A stretch of 30,510 nucleotides of DNA from an uncultured Lachnospiraceae bacterium (lineage in GTDB: Bacteria; Bacillota; Clostridia; Oscillospirales; CAG-272): NCBI GenBank assembly GCA_964559465.1, contig CAZLIB010000001.1, positions 1 through 30,510 of the forward strand. Direction: 5' to 3'. The stretch's first letter is position 1, and every line of letters begins with the position of its first letter. The notes under the pieces were generated by a model, which was not told where the DNA came from, ran no database searches, and saw nothing but the letters and a program-made list of their open reading frames with translations. Below are positions 27,409 through 30,510 of this stretch, one piece after another. The translations under genes and the position numbers were made by a program.

Positions 27409-27726
27409 TTATTCCCTTTTTCTGTTTTTGACGCAGGTGCAAACACCTATCAGGTCGTCCCCTCGCTGATAATGAGTGCAACCGTTGCAAATATCAACGT
27501 ACGGCTTGCCGTCGTAATGCTCGCACACGTCCTGCATCTCGGTAACGTAAGGTCGCCCTTTATTATCGTATCTCGGCTCTGATATGAAGTTCGGATATAT
27601 AGGAATCGGCTCATTGTATTTACTAACGCGGTCGCGCTCCTCGTAATAACCATAGAAGATCTCAAATCTATCTTCACCTATCTCTATTACTCGGTAAAGC
27701 TCGCCTTCTTTTTTTCTGCCGTTCAT
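27409..27726 (-). CDS. Cys-rich hypothetical protein (105 aa), putative metal-binding
   Basis: AGGAGG RBS; YGYYEE...PIYPNF...DVCEHY...CNGCTHY...IGVCTC. Confidence 0.75.
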   Translation of the reverse strand: MNGRKKEGELYRVIEIGEDRFEIFYGYYEERDRVSKYNEPIPIYPNFISEPRYDNKGRPYVTEMQDVCEHYDGKPYVDICNGCTHYQRGDDLIGVCTCVKNRKRE

Positions 27727-27791
27727 AGTGTCCTCCTTTCAAAAGGCGGTTTAGCAAATAAAAAATCTGCCATAATTTCTCTGTTGTGAAA

Positions 27792-27886
27792 ATTATAGCA
27801 GATTTATTTTCTTCTGTACACATCCAAAAGGACGTTTTTGGGACATATTTTTTTGCCTGTTTTTTGCAAAAAACGGGCATATTTTT
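27792..27886 (-). promoter_or_regulatory. Candidate activator-dependent promoter with upstream repeats
   Basis: Minus strand TGTACA (weak -35), 17 nt, TGc-TATAAT; upstream AAATATG(T)CCC/AAACGTCC repeats and a 26-bp near-palindrome at 27854-27879. Confidence 0.5.
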
Positions 27887-27888
27887 AA

Positions 27889-28953
27889 CTACAGGATAAG
27901 ATAAAATTCGCTTCTGTCCTGTATTCCCGTTTTGTTCACCACACGCGCGATCGTTTGCTTTATAGTCGATTCCGAAACGTAAAGCATCGCCGCTATCTCC
28001 TTAACCGTAAAGCCGAACGCAGAAAGCTTAGCAACCTCGTGCTCTTTTGCCGTCAAATTAGTTGCTATAGATTTGTTTCGCATCTGGCTTGAAAGTCGTG
28101 CCCAGCCAACCTTATAAATATCATAAAGCTTCATTATCTGATCAAGGGCGCTTGCATCCTGAAGCACTATTCTCTCCTCAAGCAAGCCGTGAAAATGGCG
28201 CACGTATTCCGCAAGTAAGCCGTAAAGCCTGTCGGGCAAAGAGAGGGAGAGAGCCTTGTCAATATGCAATATTGCTCTTTCCTTCTCCCCCGAGTTGTAG
28301 TATGCCACCGCACACGACATTCTCAGGTATATCTCGGGAATGAGTGTTTTGTCCACCACTGCCTGCGTGATAAGCGGCTCAATAGTATTAGGTATCATCT
28401 TCATCAGCGCAAGTCCCTGCACACCCTGAAGATTAAATTGACCTGATGCAATAGCGAAAGCCGCCATATAGAGATATTTTATGTAATAAACCTTTGCAGA
28501 CGGGTGAGCATCGGCAGGAAGTGCTTCAAAATTACCTCTGACGAACCATTCGGGATAATCTTTATTATCATAAATCGAGCTGTCGATTATCGCAAGCGCA
28601 AGTGAGATTATCTCGCGCTCGTCCTCGGTTGTCGAGGGAGCTTCGCAAATGTGCTTCTTTGCCTCGTTCCAAAGGTAGATATCGCCCCTCCAGATTGCGC
28701 AAAGCGCAAGCAGCATTCCGCCGCCAAGAATTGCATAGAATCCCGAATGTGCCGATAAAAAGTACCTTGCCCTGTCATAGACCTTGTCTATCTCGCCGCG
28801 GCGATAAGCTATCTGCGCCTTGAAAAGCTCATAGGCTTCAGGGTTATTGACAAGCATTTCCGCGCAAATGTCCGCCTCACCAACTCGCGTGTAAAGGTCA
28901 GTCATATCAAGGAACGGAGTTTTTCTCGGCAGCTTCAAGTTTTTTCTCAACAA
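27889..28953 (-). CDS. LuxR C-terminal HTH regulator with helical (TPR-like) body; probably the C-terminal part of a frameshifted gene
   Basis: LTAKEHEVAKLSAFGFTVKEIAAMLYVSESTIKQTIARVVNKTG is a LuxR HTH; starts only at TTG inside the upstream ORF. Confidence 0.8.
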   Translation of the reverse strand: MLRKNLKLPRKTPFLDMTDLYTRVGEADICAEMLVNNPEAYELFKAQIAYRRGEIDKVYDRARYFLSAHSGFYAILGGGMLLALCAIWRGDIYLWNEAKKHICEAPSTTEDEREIISLALAIIDSSIYDNKDYPEWFVRGNFEALPADAHPSAKVYYIKYLYMAAFAIASGQFNLQGVQGLALMKMIPNTIEPLITQAVVDKTLIPEIYLRMSCAVAYYNSGEKERAILHIDKALSLSLPDRLYGLLAEYVRHFHGLLEERIVLQDASALDQIMKLYDIYKVGWARLSSQMRNKSIATNLTAKEHEVAKLSAFGFTVKEIAAMLYVSESTIKQTIARVVNKTGIQDRSEFYLIL

Positions 28954-29116
28954 AAATACCCTTTGCCATACTTGGCAAAATTGCCGTAACGGGAATCATC
29001 CACGATTTACCAAAGCGATATGCCCCCTTTATTTTTTTCTGACTACACAATATCTGAACTCGGCGCGGTGTAACACCCCATTTTTCAGCGGCAGCCTTTG
29101 CTGTAATATACTCCAT
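28907..29116 (-). CDS. Excisionase-like (HTH_17/MerR-type) DNA-binding domain; probably the N-terminal part of the frameshifted regulator
   Basis: MEYITAKAAAEKWGVTPRRVQILCSQKKIKGAYRFGKSWMIP; overlaps the LuxR ORF by 47 nt in a different frame. Confidence 0.8.
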   Translation of the reverse strand: MEYITAKAAAEKWGVTPRRVQILCSQKKIKGAYRFGKSWMIPVTAILPSMAKGIFVEKKLEAAEKNSVP

Positions 29117-29128
29117 AAAGCCCCCAAA

Positions 29129-29175
29129 GTTCGCAAAAACGAACATTTTTTAATATCCTGTTCGCAAAAACGAAC
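29129..29175. promoter_or_regulatory. Two identical 16-bp GTTCG-N6-CGAAC boxes (putative autoregulatory operators)
   Basis: GTTCGCAAAAACGAAC at 29129-29144 and 29160-29175, 31 bp apart, just upstream of the HTH start. Confidence 0.75.
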
Positions 29176-29282
29176 TCAGTAACTTTATTTTAGCATATTT
29201 TTCTTATGATTTCAATACTTTTTTTGCATTTTTTATTGAATAAACTCACTTTTTTATCAAATAATAAAGCATGGGTGATATA

Positions 29283-30407
29283 ATGATAAAGCTTATGCAT
29301 TTTATAAGTGACACAAACATAGGCGGCGCGGGAAAGCTGCTTTGCAATCAAATAAAAAATATGGCAGGCAGTGATTTTGAAATAAGCGTCGCACTACCTA
29401 ATGACAGCGCTCTCATTTCAGAATTGCAATCACTTCCCTGCACGCTTATCAAGTGCAAAAGCGGAGCTGATACGTCATTCTCGCATCAAAGCTTTATTGA
29501 AGATTACAATTTAATAAAAAAGCTCCGCCCCGACATAGTTCATTCACACGGCTCTCTCTCATCCCGAATAGCAGCCACAGCACTTGGTATACCCACGCGC
29601 ATTTTCACTCGCCACTGTATATTTCCGATTGCGCCCTCTATAAAATCTCCTATGATAAGACAATCTATCGGCAAAGTCAATAATTTCCTTTCAACCTCTA
29701 TGATATCAGTGGCGGATTCTGCACGGCAAAATCTTGTTGATATGGGTTGTGATGAGCAAAAAATAGTTACCATAATCAACGGTGTTGACCCCTTGCGAAT
29801 CACCTCTGACCTTGAAAAGGAGTATTTACGAGCCAAATACGGATTAAAAAAAAGAGATTTCGTTATAAGTATTTTTGCTCGGCTTGAGAAATATAAGGGA
29901 CACTCCACTCTGCTTCGCGCTGCACAGATCTGTAAAAGGTATTATCCAAATTTTAGATTTCTTGTCGTTGGCAACGGCACGCAAAGGAACAACCTTACAA
30001 ATCTCGCGCAAGAGCTTGGCGTGAGTGAAATAGTGTGCTTCACCGGGTTTTGCGACGACGTTGCTCCGCTTTTTAATATAACTGACATCAATGTCAACTG
30101 CTCATATGAAAGCGAAACCTCTTCGCTATCTCTTTGCGAAGGCATGAGTATTGGAATTCCAACAGTTGCAAGCGATTGCGGCGGAAATTTATATATGGTA
30201 AAAAATGCAGTGAACGGCTTACTTTTTCCAAAAGAAAATGCTGATGCACTTGCAATGGCACTCATTCGCCTGTATCGTGACCGCGAGCTTTATCAAAAAT
30301 GCTCTGAAGGTGCGCTAAAACGATACAAAGAGGAATTCACTGCACAGGCAATGACAGAAAAAATGATGAATTTTTATAAAAAAGAATATTTAAAAAACAA
30401 AAAATGA
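29283..30407 (+). CDS. GT4-family (GT-B) glycosyltransferase
   Basis: IGGAG, PDIVHSH, TRH, IINGV, ARLEKYKGH, VGNG, FTGF, ETSSLSLCE (EX7E), NGLLF. Start at 29283 (or 29271). Confidence 0.92.
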   Translation: MIKLMHFISDTNIGGAGKLLCNQIKNMAGSDFEISVALPNDSALISELQSLPCTLIKCKSGADTSFSHQSFIEDYNLIKKLRPDIVHSHGSLSSRIAATALGIPTRIFTRHCIFPIAPSIKSPMIRQSIGKVNNFLSTSMISVADSARQNLVDMGCDEQKIVTIINGVDPLRITSDLEKEYLRAKYGLKKRDFVISIFARLEKYKGHSTLLRAAQICKRYYPNFRFLVVGNGTQRNNLTNLAQELGVSEIVCFTGFCDDVAPLFNITDINVNCSYESETSSLSLCEGMSIGIPTVASDCGGNLYMVKNAVNGLLFPKENADALAMALIRLYRDRELYQKCSEGALKRYKEEFTAQAMTEKMMNFYKKEYLKNKK

Positions 30408-30432
30408 CGAAAAATTCCGTCATTTTTCTTTT
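30399..30432 (+). terminator. Intrinsic terminator after GT4 (likely bidirectional)
   Basis: AAAAAATGACG-AAAAATTC-CGTCATTTTTCTTTT. Confidence 0.75.
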
Positions 30433-30510
30433 ATTGGCTCCTTTAGGGGGGAATAAACCCCCAGTTCTACTGGGGGAGGGAAAAGGCTTCAGCAAAGCCA
30501 AGGCGGGCGA

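Noticed and set aside
28907..29116. Excisionase-like HTH as evidence of a prophage or ICE
   Set aside because: No integrase, att-like repeats or phage/conjugation genes in the window; better explained as part of the regulator.
29129..29175. LexA (GAAC-N4-GTTC) boxes
   Set aside because: Half-sites are in the opposite orientation (GTTCG-N6-CGAAC), and the inner CGAAC...GTTCG pair is 15 nt apart.

Overview
Bacterial DNA, most likely a Firmicute (Clostridia-like; inferred from AGGAGG RBSs, sigma-A-like promoters, lipobox lipoproteins and no outer-membrane genes). About 23 kb (1-23.4 kb) is a Gram-positive polysaccharide-utilisation locus, nearly all on the minus strand. In transcription order it has a GtaA/DUF4965-like six-hairpin protein, a divergent LacI regulator, and a GH27 alpha-galactosidase coupled to a 65-aa Cys protein. 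Four consecutive lipoproteins follow: a 981-aa multidomain protein, an InlB-repeat/solute-binding fusion, a GH97 and a second solute-binding protein. After them come two ABC permeases, an ABC ATPase with two large insertions, GH3, GH31, an esterase and a GH43 that runs off the left edge and is missing from the ORF track. The right part (23.7-29.2 kb) is a separate module: an HTH/LuxR regulator split by an apparent 1-nt frameshift, a Cys-rich 105-aa protein, an unannotated 38-aa hydrophobic sORF and an 1153-aa membrane-anchored adhesin-like protein. A GT4 glycosyltransferase ends the window. Non-coding highlights are a CATTAA-N2-TTAATG palindrome abutting the -35 of two promoters, an SD that seems to reach its ATG only across a hairpin, intra-operon stem-loops, and tandem GTTCG-N6-CGAAC boxes. 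No rRNA, tRNA, CRISPR array or transposase was seen. All family calls are from motif recognition by eye, not from database searches.
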